A DNA stretch of 64,000 bases, from the NCBI RefSeq assembly GCF_964355755.1, contig NC_092671.1, positions 33,366,304 to 33,430,303 of the forward strand, read 5' to 3'. This DNA comes from Antedon mediterranea (lineage: Eukaryota; Animalia; Echinodermata). The translations under genes and the position numbers were made by a program. Of the stretch, positions 51,265 to 64,000 are shown in pieces. Position 1 is the stretch's first letter. Every line of letters begins with the position of its first letter. The notes beneath the pieces are model-generated. The model ran no database searches and was not told where the DNA came from. It was given only the letters and a program-made list of their open reading frames with translations.

Positions 51265-51615
51265 GTAAATCAAAATATTCTTCATCCAGATATTAGTATA
51301 CAGGCACAGTGCCGAGAGTAAATAAATATTTGCATATGCGGTTGTCTTCTGTGCCTAGACGGAGCAATGATCCATTCATTGTAATCAATGAGCACTATAA
51401 AAGAACTAGGAATATCAGGTTTCAAGAATGTATCAATTTGTTTTTGAAATTGAAAGATGTTAGGAGAAAGAGGTGACTTTCAGTTCTGTAAATGTGTGTG
51501 TATTTTATTATTTTGACTATGTTGACTTTGTTTTCTGTCACCATGTTCGACTGTGTGCCTATAGATACACAGTTGACAGTGCCGACTAAAACTGATGAAT
51601 TTACATTTACAATAG

Positions 51616-51899
51616 GGAAAGTGAGGATGGACGATCAAGAGCATTGGACAATCTCGGCAGAGTCCATGCCCGTATCGGTCAGTTCACAGAAGCAGTCAAG
51701 TATTGGAAAGAGAAGTTACCAATGGTCAAGTCGGCGTTAGAGGCAACCTGGTTGTACCACGAGATTGGCCGCTGCCACTTGGAGCTTGGTGAATATCAAG
51801 AGGCTCATGATTTTGGTGAGAAGAGTTTGAAGGCAGCACAAGAAGCTGGAGATGATGTCTGGCAGTTAAATGCCAGTGTTCTTATTGCCCAATCAGAGG
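51616..51899 (+). CDS. ODAD4: ODAD4/TTC25 exon 8
   Basis: caatag|G...G|gtgcgt. Includes SRALDNLGRVHARIG...TWLYHEIGRCHLELG...WQLNASVLIAQ. Confidence 0.96.
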
Positions 51900-52233
51900 G
51901 TGCGTACATTTTAGTTTCTTCATGTGTTTTCCTTATTTTAACCAGTGTACACAGTTGTGTTTGACTCTACTATGTACCCATTTATACACGAAACGCAAAC
52001 ATAAGTAAACGTGTCTTGCCTATTAGAACATAATGCACCACAATGCGATGAGCCCACAATCAAACACCTAACACATGCTGCATCACTGCCCTGCACTTTG
52101 TCCTGTACTTTATAACAAACTGCAAACAGACTTTGAGGCTAAAAAAGGACACTTATGCTTTCCTTCATCAATTCTAGTCTACTTGTATTTTTGTTTGTGG
52201 GTGATTATTTTTAGATTTTCTTTTACTCTACAG

Positions 52234-52551
52234 TAAAACTTGGAGATTTACATGAAGCTATTGAGTCATTTGAGCGGTCACTCGAAATGGCAAAGATCCA
52301 AGGGGATTTCCCAGCTCAAAAAGCAATTTCAAAAGCTTTAGAAGATCTTAATGAAAAGATCGTTAAAGGACTGAAAGGAGAGGATGAGGACGAGGAAGAA
52401 CAAAATGAAAACAAAAATGATAAAAAGAGTGATGACGAAAAAGATAATATAGAAGAGAAGGAAGATGCAATGAAGGATTATAAAAGTGAAGATGAAGACA
52501 GCAAAAAGGACAAAGATAAAGAAAAGGAGGAACATAATGATTCGTCATCAG
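52234..52551 (+). CDS. ODAD4: ODAD4/TTC25 exon 9
   Basis: ctacag|TA...G|gtatta. Last TPR (VKLGDLHEAIESFERSLEMAK), then a D/E/K-rich tail. Confidence 0.92.
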
Positions 52552-52714
52552 GTATTATAGTTTATTTTTACTTGTTTTTGAATGTTTTTTGCATGTAAAC
52601 TAGCATTTTCTTAGACAGTGCCTAGCTATTTATTAGCCCTTACCATGATATATCATGTTTTATTTAAACTCATTATTATTTTTTAAAACAGTGTGTTAAT
52701 AATCTTGCAATTAA

Positions 52715-53562
52715 TCCCTGCGTATACCCGGTACTACCGGGTATAAACAGACGTCGTTGAAATACGTATACACGGTAATACCGGGTATGGGAAAAACAAT
52801 GATTTGATCGTATTTGCCTATAATATATAGCACCCTCTATATTTTTTCGATGAACTTTAATATTTATTCAAGTCATTACAATTCCAGCAAAAAAAACGGC
52901 CCTCTATAGTTGTATTATCGTCTTGAAAATAATGCGCCCTCTATAGTTAATTAATTAATTATATATAGTATAGTATATAATAGTATTTCTATCTTGGAAA
53001 GTTGTCTTGAGTAGCATAATGGCGACCATTTTTAAAGCAACAAAAATTTACCAGCCCCAATAGGGCAACATCGTGTTTATCACAACACGCAAAAAAAAAA
53101 TTCTGAAACAATAGTTATTTTTTGTACTATAGTGAATTTTTGGAAACTGTCATTATTTTCACGATTTTACCCCAAAACTTTGATTTGTGCATAATTTTTA
53201 TAAAACAATAAAAATAATTCAATTTTTTTAAATATTTTTATTTGTTATACGTATCTTCATCAATATCCAGTTGGAAAAACGTATTCCATAAAAATTTCTT
53301 ATAGAAAATATAGTTTTTATCATTGATTCGATAAAAAACACGAAATCCAAAATACCTGTAATGACGTCACATGACGTCATCAATATGCAAATTACTTTTT
53401 TGTTATACCTAACTGTAGACTAACCCTTTGCCCATCACCCACCACAAAAATAATTACACAATTATCTCAATTTGTATTATTTTGCAATTTATTAAAATAT
53501 CATGTTTTTTTAAAAATATATATTACGCACAGAGGTGGGAATAATGCTTCGCAGTGAAAGGG
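52715..53562. mobile_element. piggyBac-like non-autonomous element, ODAD4 intron 9
   Basis: TTAA flanks. Right end CGCAGTGAAAGGG, damaged left end TCCCTGCG, subterminal palindromes TATACCCGGTACTACCGGGTATA. Confidence 0.7.
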
Positions 53563-53621
53563 TTAATCATCGTAACCATTTAATTGTTCATATTATAAAA
53601 ATTGAATTAAATTTTTTTCAG

Positions 53622-53767
53622 ATGAGAGTGTCAAGTCAGACAAGTCCCATAACTCGCACAAATCTAGCAAATCGGACAAATCAGACAAGTCCGACAAATC
53701 AGACAAGTCTGACAAATCAGACAAGTCAAAACACTCGGAGGGCAAAAAAGATGTAGACGAAACATAA
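53622..53767 (+). CDS. ODAD4: ODAD4/TTC25 exon 10 (terminal)
   Basis: ttttcag|AT, phase-compatible. Encodes DESVKSDKSHNSHKSSK(SDK)n SKHSEGKKDVDET*. AATAAA at 53792 and 53806. Confidence 0.85.
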
Positions 53768-55894
53768 TATTATATAAGTATTTAAGATGTAAATAAATTT
53801 CTGGTAATAAAGTCCATCAGATACTGTCATGTGTCACTTTGATTCATGTATTAAAACACCTTGATTGTTATCTCATTTTAATACTATATTTTAATCTATT
53901 GTAAAATGAGAAAATATGAAATAAACTATCACTGCTCAAATTTCAATATTGTGTCTTCCTGTTATTTTTAATAATCCAGATTGAAATAAGCATTTTACTC
54001 TGTATTTTTGTATTCTGTTTTTCTTATATACAATATATATTGTCAAATTCCAATTTTTCCAACACAAACATGTTATTTTCAATGAATAATATGATAGGAT
54101 TTATGTAACCCTAGATAAAAGAAATATGCATATATAATTTCCATTGGGGTCTGTGATTACCTATCTCAATATTAAAACATTAATGTCAAGGTCGATTCTA
54201 TATATCCTGGGAAAAGTAACAAAAATGGAGTAACTTCTAATTTAAATAAAATTTTATTTTAAATAAAATTTTGGTTTACTTGCTTCTTTCCATAAGCTTG
54301 TTATTTATTTTTTTAAAATGCTACTACAGTACACCAGCGCCAAGGTACTGTAGATAAAGACCAGCTGGCAGCGCTATTTCTCAAAACCTTGAAAAGAAGC
54401 CCATGGGTTTCTTATTTTAGGACTCTTGGATGGCTTCTTTTTAAATGAATGCTGTGAATTGCTACTACAATAGGATGTTCAAAGTACCATGTGGAATAAA
54501 TATATGAGGCTTGAGCGTTGAGAAGAGTTGTTAGGTCATATATTGATACTGTATGATAACAATCATACATTTATTGAAAAGAAGCCCATACTACAGCTTT
54601 GAAATGGGATTTTTTATTTTTGCAAACCACATGGGCTTCTTTTTGAGATAGTGGGCTTATTTTTTAGGTTTTATGGTACTATGTTATGAGTGCATCAAAT
54701 GCAATGAAATAGTAAAGTAAAGATAAAACAATGAATATACAGAGAATGATGAGCCTTATTTGTTAGCAAACATTGCAAACTGTGGCCAACGAAAGAAGCA
54801 AGCAATTAAAGTAACAGCAAGTTTCTAATGTTGAATTGGTTTAATTCTATATTAAAATATGATTTTATACCCAAGAGTATTACACACATTGAATGTTGAC
54901 AATTTATTAGTAAGCAATGATTAAATTTTTATGGTGATGTAAGTAGGTTTACTAGTGAGTGCTTTCTTAAGTATATTGGTGCCGATAGGTAAGTGTGCGT
55001 AAATAGTCGTGCAGGGGGTTGTTAAACAGTTGGCAGCTTTCCGCGACCTTCCAAAGGGGATTGCTAAAGGTAATCAGGTATTTTGAAAGTGATCATACAA
55101 TGTGAAATTATCGCGTTGCAAGTTTGCAGAAATAAACTGTGTACCATGTTGCAAAAGTGAGGAAAATATTTCTTGTTGGATTTTTTAAATTGAAGCTGGC
55201 TTACAAGTACTGTACGTAATACTGTATACAGTATTTAGAAAATCGTTTTTGTTGTTTGATCCCAAATCGTTTGTGTCAACATTTCAAGGGTGGATCCGGA
55301 AGGTGAATTTCTAGGGATGTGTGCTATTTAGTGGGTTTAGTTTCACATTCTTTGCCATACCATTTCACCATATTTGGGTTCCATGCAACTCTTTGTACTT
55401 TTGTACTGAAATTATTCAACAATTTGAGGATATTATAACACATCAAACACACAGAAGATACTTTTCACATTAATAATTACAAAACAATGTGTTTTTTTTA
55501 TGGTATACATATGTGTTTAATATGTCTTTTTTTTTTTTTTATTCTCAATACCCTACTCATTGCTGTCAGACAATGATAAGTAGCTCTATATTTGCACAAG
55601 GACGTACATATTTGTTTGTCGTTACCCATTACTTGGGAATGTTTCTTTACTTGAGTTCTTGAAACAATTTTGGGGGATTCTAGATTGTACAATATCAGGG
55701 ACAGATCCAGGATTTTTAAATACTGTAGAGGGGTCCAGGGCATAAAAATGACACACTGAGTATTTGAGCTGCTTCATTCATTTCCAAAATTTAGGGTGGG
55801 GTGGGGGGGGGGGGGGTTTCTTGAATCCTATCCACAGTATGTGTAAGTACTAGGTCATTGGAAATTCAAAGCTCCATCATATTATCCACCTAAT

Positions 55895-56036
55895 GCTTGG
55901 TTCCCACTAGAGATGCAACGAAAGGACGTAACGCAATGTAAGTGATTTGACTAATCACAAGCGATTGATTATTCAAAATGTCGGTTGTCATTGGTCAACT
56001 TGCTTGCGTTGCGTTACGTCCTAGTGGGAATCAAGA
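55895..56036. mobile_element. Harbinger-type MITE
   Basis: TIR CTTGGTTCCCACTAG / CTAGTGGGAATCAAG and internal inverted GACGTAACGCAA. Confidence 0.75.
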
Positions 56037-57304
56037 TAGTAAGATACAAAACCAAAAACAGGTATATAGTTTACTTGGTATATTTTAATTTCCTATCTAT
56101 ATCCTAACAACTATTACTCATTACATCTATACTAATTACACATTGTGTTAACTAATATCCCTCTCTACCCTAAGGTCCAAACGACCTTCTTCTCTTAGGT
56201 TCACAAGGTTAGTATGCTATCTGACACTATTTCTTTTGAACCTAAATTTACATTTATATTTTAAAACATTGAATGAATGAATAATCAATGCTTTGCATAC
56301 AAATAAAATAAATCTATAATTAAAATTACTGTTTTTCCCATGTGATGCATTTAGCCAATGCACCCCATCATTGACTATTTTTAGGTAATACTTTTTTTTT
56401 TAAACTTATTTTTGCACATCATGTCAATTGTATTAATACTGATTGCCTTTACATCTTCTTTCATTAGTGTTAATTAATTTAAATAAATTAATTTAAATAA
56501 TTACCACAATCATTATTGTTTTTATAGCACCATTGAAAAACAACAGGGGTTTGTAAATGAAAATTGTTCTGTTTCTCCACAGCAATTGATTATACAGTAG
56601 AACTCTTGAACCTTCATTAAAGGGGGCACATTCAGGACCCAAAAAATGTTCCTCAAAAGTACCACTATTTCACAGGAAAGTTTTATGTATCTTATAATAG
56701 CTGAAATGTTAACTTGGAGATACCCAAACAATTTAGGATGAAAACTTATGATAAACAGAATATTTCTATAGCAGTCAAATAAAAAATATAATAAACATCT
56801 AATACATACATACTACAAAAAAGATATATAAGAATATTAGATATTATTATATGTTAAAGTAATAGATATTAAATTATACATTAGACTGTAAACTAACATT
56901 AAAATGATTTCTTCAATAAAGTTAAAATATATCAATAGTGTACATGATATTAAAAATATACAAATCATGTGAATTGAGAAAGGGTTCATATAACACATAA
57001 TGTCATATTCACCACTTTCATCCTGACCCACCCTGTGATTGTTATTATGGGATAGGATGATTTTTGGATGGTGACATTTAACTGCATGATAACTTAACCT
57101 CATTTTACTAACATGCAGATTATTCAACATTCTAATAAAATATATTCACTTCTAGTAATAAATATATATTTTTTTGCAACTCTTTTCGTTTTTGTTGCCA
57201 TGCAAAACATCATTTTCGTTTTCGTTATTGTATTCGTAAGGTTGTAAAATCTCCCTATTTTTTATGCTATAAATCTAAAAACAAGATTCATATGATACCA
57301 CTGT

Positions 57305-57865
57305 CATTCAATCTGTCAAACAATCAATCATTCAATCAATCATTCAATCAATTACTCAACCAATCAATCATTCAACCAATCATTCAATCAATTACTCAAC
57401 CAATCAATCATTCAACCAATCATTCAATCAATTACTCAACCAATCAATCACTCAACCAATCAACCATTAAACCAATCATTCAATCAATCATTCAACCAAT
57501 CATTAATTAACTCAATCAATCACTTAACCAGTCAATCACTTAACCAATCAATCAATCAATCACTCAATCAATTATTCAGTCAATTCTTCAATCAATCACT
57601 CAACCAATCATTCATTCAATCACTCAATCAATCAATCAATCAATTATTCAGTCAATCATTCATTCAATCAATCATTCATTCAATCAATCAATATCTCAAC
57701 CAGTCAATCACTCAATAAATCAATCATTCAATCAATCAATTATTCAATCAATCACTCAACCAATCATTCAATCAATCACTCAATCAATCATTCAATCAAT
57801 CACTCAACCAATCATTCAATCAATCACTCAATCATTCCATCACTTAATTAATCAATCAATCAACA
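57305..57865. repeat. Degenerate (CAAT/CATT)n microsatellite
   Basis: About 560 bp of TCAA/TCAT/CCAA tetramers. Confidence 0.95.
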
Positions 57866-58020
57866 ATTTAATAAATCATTCAATAACACTCTAATAATTA
57901 TATTAATATTCACCTCTTTTAATAAATATTTCAATAGATTGCAAAATAGATTGATAAATTAATCGATCACTTACTAACTGACCATCTTAAAAATTGCTAT
58001 GCACTAATACTTTAAAAAAA

Positions 58021-58140
58021 CTGGAGGTCCAGTGTACACATCTGGATCGTGTGCACTCTAAAAAACCCAGTTCATTTTTCAATTTAGTAGGGGGTTACTC
58101 CGGTGTACTGGTCCGTTCAGCCTGTTTGGTGGGACCCCTT
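58021..58140 (+). mobile_element. Fragment of the same Deu/Nin-like SINE just downstream of the PRMT2 stop
   Basis: GGAGGTCCAGTGTACACATCTGG...GTGCACT...AGTAGGGGGTTACTCCGGTGT matches the reverse complement of about 50477-50558. Confidence 0.75.
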
Positions 58141-58224
58141 AGAGGAGAAGAAAATGTGCCGTCTACATTCTATGTAACTTAATGTACAACAGAAGAACTG
58201 CTTTCCAGCATTCACAAATGATCA

Positions 58225-58257
58225 TCAACGCCATAGTAAAAATAGTTTTTCAAATAC
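58225..58257 (-). CDS. PRMT2: PRMT2 terminal exon
   Basis: tttttaag|GTA TTT GAA AAA CTA TTT TTA CTA TGG CGT TGA = VFEKLFLLWR*, like the PRMT2 C-terminus EKVFPIWR. Confidence 0.88.
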   Translation of the reverse strand, partial: VFEKLFLLWR

Positions 58258-58414
58258 CTTAAAAAAAAGTAATACGAGTAATATTGATAAATGAAGTTCA
58301 GATGCAGAATAAAATATACAATATACTGGTGGATGTGGATGTAAATTTCAGTTAAATCTGGGCTTTTGCAAAGAATAAATTGACACTCAATTAAAAATGG
58401 TGTAAACAGACTTC

Positions 58415-58687
58415 TACCCTATTCACATCTGCATAAATTGTTTGATCTCCAGAATTATACACGTTTCCTATGCATACGCGCACCTTGTGAAATCTTGGGA
58501 GGAAAGTATAGTTGCGTGCTTTTGATTACTGTGATTAGTCAGTTTAATACCAGGGCAACACAGAAATGCAGCCTCTCATCAGTGTGACAGGACCCCTGTG
58601 AAATCCTGGGAGATTTTCCACATAATTGTCTTCACACAATGCAAACTTGGTTACAACTTGTTACATTTTGCAGATGTGAAAAGGGTA
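58415..58687. mobile_element. Harbinger-type MITE, PRMT2 last intron
   Basis: TIR TACCCTATTCACATCTGCA / TGCAGATGTGAAAAGGGTA. Confidence 0.7.
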
Positions 58688-58868
58688 TTAGTTGTCAATA
58701 CTGTCTGGAATTAAATGGGTTTCAAGTTAAAAAAAAATTTAAATTATTTTTATTTTAAATTACTTTATTCATATTATTTTTAATGTTTTGGGGGACAATA
58801 CATTTTTAAATAGAATGTTTGATATATGGTTTGTTGTAAAATTATAAATTAAAAATGGCCACTCTTAC

Positions 58869-59037
58869 CTGTTGGAAACCAGAAATCTTATACTGAATTG
58901 TAAACGAGAACGTAACTCTAAGATGACGTCTCCAATCAGGATTCCTAGTAATAGTTACAGCGCCCTCTATTATATCACCTTCTTGAACTTTACAAGGGTC
59001 ATCCATTACGAACATGTCTTGTTTCCAATGGGTTGTT
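58869..59037 (-). CDS. PRMT2: PRMT2 penultimate exon (THW loop)
   Basis: tttag|A...CAG|gtaaga. Encodes TTHWKQDMFVMDDP...ITRNPDWRRHLRV, with the THW loop and PRMT2-like RNPxWRRH. Confidence 0.95.
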
Positions 59038-60296
59038 CTAAAAGAAAAAATAAAATATAAAATGTATTACCTTACAGTAGTGTTTGAATAGTGGATTCTA
59101 TTCTTCTAGTTCTCATTGATAAACTCCATGATATATTTCTATGCATTATGGCTGTATCATAAGACAATGTCACATGTGATATAACCATTAAAAATAACTT
59201 TGTTGTGAAGATACAGAACATTCAAATTTGTATCACAAAATTTAATGGATAAATCTTGGACAATTTTGGTTATCACGTCAGAGAATTTGGAGTGCATTAA
59301 AAAATTGTAGGCAATGTAAAGTTGATACAAAGTTTGCGGTACACCACGTATATTAGTTCTGAAAAGAACTGTTGAGTTAAAGTTACAATTACAGAGGTTT
59401 CAAATTGGGAAAATGATATCCGAGTCTAAATAAAAAAAAAGCATGGCGAAAACCATAAAGGATATAAATATATACTGTATATCCAAACAAATGTTGAATA
59501 TCAGCATGTATATAGTAAACAATGACACTTTTCCAGTGCATGGCCTATGCCGATGTGCAAAGTGTGTTGCATAGTAGATCATAAATCATAAATTGTGGCA
59601 CACTCAAGCGAAATCAGACATAAGTTGGAATTTTCAAATTGAGATTTTCAAAAATATGTAAAACTACATAATCCAAGATTTAAAATACTGAATAAATATC
59701 TTGATACCATGTTTATTTCCAGAGATATCAGTCTAAGGTTTTGGTTGTTACAATCAGTGTTTTGAGAAAAATGCTTTAAAGTTAACTAAAAGGAAATGAC
59801 AAGTACAAAAAAAACCAGGGTGTTTAAGTTAACGTCTTAGTAAAGGGGTATTCTAATTGTTGTATTTCAATTAAACTTCGCACCTTTGTTCATTAACTGT
59901 TAACTATTGTGTTTCATTTTTTTGATTAAAAAAAACCCATGAGAACATTTTCAATTTAAGCATAAAACATTATAGGTTTTATGAAAATCATACACAATTT
60001 TTTAACCAACTGACAACACAAAAATTCCTGCATTTATTTGTCTCAAAATAGAAAAACACCAAAGTAATGTAATTAAATACTGATTCTATCATTTTCCGTA
60101 ACAAAAAAAAAATTGTGATTTTTCAGCCTTTCATTGTTTGTGGCTGTCTATACAAAACTACCTATGCAACTTTTGTCTGAATTTGCTTGAATGTGCCACA
60201 ATGTATACACTTGAGAGAGAGAGAGAGAGACAGATCACTATGTGGAAGCTCTTGTGATTATCGGGACATAATATCTTTGTATAAGATGAGTCTTAC

Positions 60297-60436
60297 GGCT
60301 TGTCTGGTCCTGTGTCTAGTACAACATCTTCAGCATTTTCGTCATCTTGTGAGCAGAAATCAACTGCAAACCATGATCCAAATCCATGAAATGTTCCAGA
60401 CTTTTTAACAACAAATCTGAATTCACATTTACTCTT
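60297..60436 (-). CDS. PRMT2: PRMT2 internal exon
   Basis: tttcag|AAG...CC|gtaaga. Encodes KSKCEFRFVVKKSGTFHGFGSWFAVDF...VLDTGPDKP, the PRMT beta-barrel HGFxxWF and TGP motifs. Missed by the ORF track. Confidence 0.92.
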
Positions 60437-60488
60437 CTGAAAAAAATTGAAATGAATACCTTCATCAATGTTAGATTCACATCTATAA

Positions 60489-60607
60489 ATCTCTGTCTAC
60501 GCTATAAAACTTTATTTGCCCATATATGAACATGATGATGTCATATCACTACCATATTTAATCATATCACTACTATATCACACTAGTTTGAGAGTGTAGA
60601 CAGAGCT
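60489..60607 (+). mobile_element. MITE, same family, short copy (PRMT2 intron)
   Basis: CTCTGTCTAC...GTGTAGACAGAGCT with the shared core. Confidence 0.8.
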
Positions 60608-60728
60608 TTAGAAAAAGTTTAGCCCAACTGGTACAAAAATATCATTCATTATTTGCTAACCATCCTTATTATGAGTACATCAGGCTCTCATTGATAGATT
60701 GATTTCAATTGAAATCTGCATTGTCCAA

Positions 60729-61240
60729 TACCCCTTTCACACCAAAAGCAAAACTGGAGTTGACGTCCCGCTGTTTGGTGTGAAAGGTAAAATCAAGCAA
60801 CTCCGGAGTTTAAAACTGCGGGGTTGAACAGCTGAACATTCTCTGGAGAGCGAACTGCGGGGACACCCCGGTGTTTTGGTGTGAAAGGTACCAACATCAA
60901 ACTCCGGAGTGTTTCGTGTCAAAAGGTCATCCTCACACGATCACTCATTGCTTTAGTTTTATTTCAAAATACTTTAAATATTTGTACAACATATAGAGCA
61001 GGTTAAAAAATAATAAGTAGTATCATTAAAACATTATATTACTTCTGAGACTTTGAAAGTAATGATCGTCGCTATGTAAACAAACAAAATAGAGGGCGAC
61101 ATTTACAATTTTATTTTATAAACCCCGGAGTTGCTAGGTTGGTGTGAAAGGGGTATCTCCGGAGTTTCTCGACGTTTTGAATGGTCATAAACCCCGGGGT
61201 GTCTCCGGAGACACTCCAGAGTTTTGGTGTGAAAGGGGTA
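60729..61240. mobile_element. PIF/Harbinger-type MITE, PRMT2 intron
   Basis: Perfect TIR TACCCCTTTCACACCAAAA, 3-bp TSD CAA, internal GGTGTGAAAGG and ACTCCGGAGT repeats. Confidence 0.9.
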
Positions 61241-61612
61241 CAAGAGAGACAAGCAATTTATGTGCTTTGTATGTATGTTTTTTTAATTTATTGTCTGTAT
61301 ATGTTTGTATATATCTGTAACTTTTTATATGTATTTTTGTATGTATGCCATTTAGAAAATGAATTTCCATGGTGGACCAATAATATATTATCTTATTTTT
61401 TATTGAATTAAAACGTCTGAAAGCAGTTTTGTGTTACATCAATGTAAAATTGTCTCGGTTCTTTACGTGCCTTGATGACAACATAATAACGCAGTCTGTG
61501 CGAATTTACACAATTACACTGTGTTTGTCTTTACATTACAATACATGAGTTCATGTGGTAATGGTACCACACCAATCCCAAGTCTTCAAGTATTAAACAA
61601 ACATTTATATAC

Positions 61613-61742
61613 CTCAAGTTCACTAACTTTGACCTCTTTCATGTCAAATTCAAGTATAACTGCCATGTTGGACAACATATCATCTGCATCAATTAAATGA
61701 TTAAATATCGGCCTGCCAAAAAATCGATCCTTTGCCACCGGT
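61613..61742 (-). CDS. PRMT2: PRMT2 internal exon
   Basis: ttgcag|A...GAG|gtatat. Encodes PVAKDRFFGRPIFNHLIDADDMLSNMAVILEFDMKEVKVSELE. Confidence 0.9.
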
Positions 61743-62778
61743 CTGCAATTAAAATAAGGTATGCAAGACAACGTTAGTAAATCAATATATAAAATCTAAT
61801 TTGTTTTTCTGAAATAAAAATTACAAAGTTTAATAATAACGGCTGCAGACGGCTTGCTAATAATACTACTTATTTCTACTATATGAATTTTAAAACAAGT
61901 TCTATTAATTTTAATGAGAATATTTAGATAATTTGCAAATTAATTTTTAATGTATAGCTCTTTTTTTAGATATATTTTTATACTTTTGTAACTGCATTTT
62001 AGCCTCTTGGCTACGAATATTACAAACGGTATGGTGTTATGATTGTTTGAAATAAAGTTATATATATTAAACCTATACATTTTTATACAAAAACAAACAA
62101 ATAACAAAACCGGAGAGAAATTTACTGGCTTTATCCACTATGGAGTGTATTATATAGCTTTGATAAACCCAGTGGCTAAAGGTCAATTAATTATGGGATA
62201 AATGACAGATATGACACGACCACCTGCGATACGACCGGACCACCTGCGATATTACAACATGTCTGGTCATTTAATGAGTTTACTCATCATTATTCTCGAA
62301 TGTGTTCCGGCCAGCTGTGTGGCATTGATCTCACTGTCTAGTCTAAAGTCTGTCTTTTTACTAGTTTAACAAACAGCTGTTTACATAATCTAATCAAACG
62401 TTATAAATAAAGAAAACGAAGTTGAAGGGCAAATCATTTGGGGAAATGGGTGAAAAAAACTATTAAAAAAAATTGACCAAAAATTAACTTGATGGTGCCC
62501 ATTCATTGGATTAATATCAGCAAGAAATTGGTCTAATAAACGCATCAATTTACAGTTAAAAATAGCTTTAACAATAAAGAGGAATTAAAAGGTGCTACAT
62601 CGGTCGGGCTAGAAGAAGAGTGAGTAACATATTGGAGCTATTATAATATAGATTGTAGAAATATCAGGTTGTGAGTGGCCCCTTGTAGTAGGTATGTGAA
62701 AAAACATTCATTAGGCCAAGAAATGTAGTTTATAGTCTAGCATGCAATGCTGTTTAGTTTCCCCACACTATTACTTAC

Positions 62779-62954
62779 ATTAATGGCGTGAAGTCAAAGC
62801 CATAAACCGTGCGCCAGAAGTCTATTTTGCTACTATATTCTGTATTTGCTTTGCATGGCACAAGGAATAACTTCGCAATTGATGGCCACATAACCCCATG
62901 TGAAGCAAGCCACCTATTTCGTGCTACTATAACTGATTCAATCATCAACTCAAA
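62779..62954 (-). CDS. PRMT2: Protein arginine N-methyltransferase 2, internal exon (upstream exons outside the window)
   Basis: ttgcag|TTT...AT|gtaagt. Encodes FELMIESVIVARNRWLASHGVMWPSIAKLFLVPC...FWRTVYGFDFTPL, resembling PRMT2 FEFMIESILYARDAWL...WP (from memory). Confidence 0.92.
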
Positions 62955-64000
62955 CTGCAAACAAAAAAACAATTTGTAGAAAAAGACTTTTAGATATACG
63001 CCATTTCTATTCATCAGATTCTCAATACTACAAGAAGCTCTATTTTTTTTTGTCTAATACACTTTTAAAGCATAACATATTGAATGTCATTTTCCTCATT
63101 TTATTAACTATTTCAATTAATATAAGATGATGCTTAAATGGACAGGTAGTGCAACGACTTTCACCAGTATTTATTAGTGTACTCAGCTCTCTACCTGTAT
63201 ATTGTACTAACTTCAGTGCTATTTAGATTTTTCACGCTGCTGCTCTAGCCCGCTACGTCCCATTAGGACTACTCAATCAGAAGCTAAAGCAAGCAGCAGT
63301 TATAGTTCTAAGGACAGACAGTTTTGTGAAAATGGAAACTCCACTATGATTTATTGATTCCAGCTGCTACAGTAGACCCAAAAAACGTCTGGGAAAGAGT
63401 CTATTAGGACATGTCATGCATGCTAAAATTACAAATCCCTAAGCATTTCTGGTATATTCACTGTCAGATATTCATTGAATTATTATCGAAACAGTCCATT
63501 AAAGTTTGTGTTTGTAATAGGATACTTCACAATTGAAATATCTACAGTAGGGTGATGAAGTGACCCCCAGATTTGACCTTAGCAATACAATTAACTAAAG
63601 TGACAGAAATTGAGTATTCACTTCTGTAACAAAAAAATAATATTTATTCACATATAAAAAAAGAAAAGAAACCCAAAAACCATTGTCTGACAGACAGACA
63701 GACAAGTATTTGTTGCTTTAAATTACATTTTTTTCAGGTAAAATAACTATTATGTGACAATAAAATGATAAACAGTTGAAATAAAAAATATTTTTCAATA
63801 AGCGAGCAGCGTTTTTTGTAAGAAATATTTCTTGTTTTATTTGGGATAAAAGTGGCCTTTTATTTTTATGATGTGGAAAGCATCTACATAGCTATATCCA
63901 ACAGTCATTCTGCACAAGAATGACTTTTTGACTTAATAGTCACAGTGTCTAGTGGCCGGCATCATGAAAACAAAAGGTTGCAATGTTTTAATTTAAGATA

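Noticed and set aside
53535-53756. ORF-track frame giving TNQTS repeats
   Set aside because: Wrong frame: the phase-1 junction from exon 9 dictates the SDK frame.
62955-64000. Further PRMT2 exons (SEWMG motif, SH3 domain)
   Set aside because: Not found here; they presumably lie beyond the right edge of the window.

Overview
This is AT-rich (about 30% GC by eye) genomic DNA from an animal, with spliceosomal introns and many transposon remnants. Deu/Nin-type SINEs and TAGGCCTA-rich patches suggest an invertebrate deuterostome such as an echinoderm (inference). (1) A complete 10-exon ODAD4/TTC25 gene (outer dynein arm docking TPR protein, 612 aa) lies on + at 42128-53767, with an RFX X-box upstream. 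Intron 1 hides a second ATG-bearing exon (43687-43815) that encodes a divergent but in-register copy of the first TPR motif. (2) The last five coding exons of PRMT2 lie on - at 58225-62954, tail-to-tail with ODAD4. (3) An unidentified minus-strand transcription unit probably occupies 1-40500, with several candidate promoters and first exons and one candidate terminal exon. The rest is hAT, PIF/Harbinger, piggyBac-like, Tc1/pogo and MULE-like non-autonomous elements, SINEs, a 5S rRNA pseudogene, palindromes and minisatellites. No CRISPR or prokaryotic system is present. The best novelty candidate is the swappable first-TPR exon of ODAD4.
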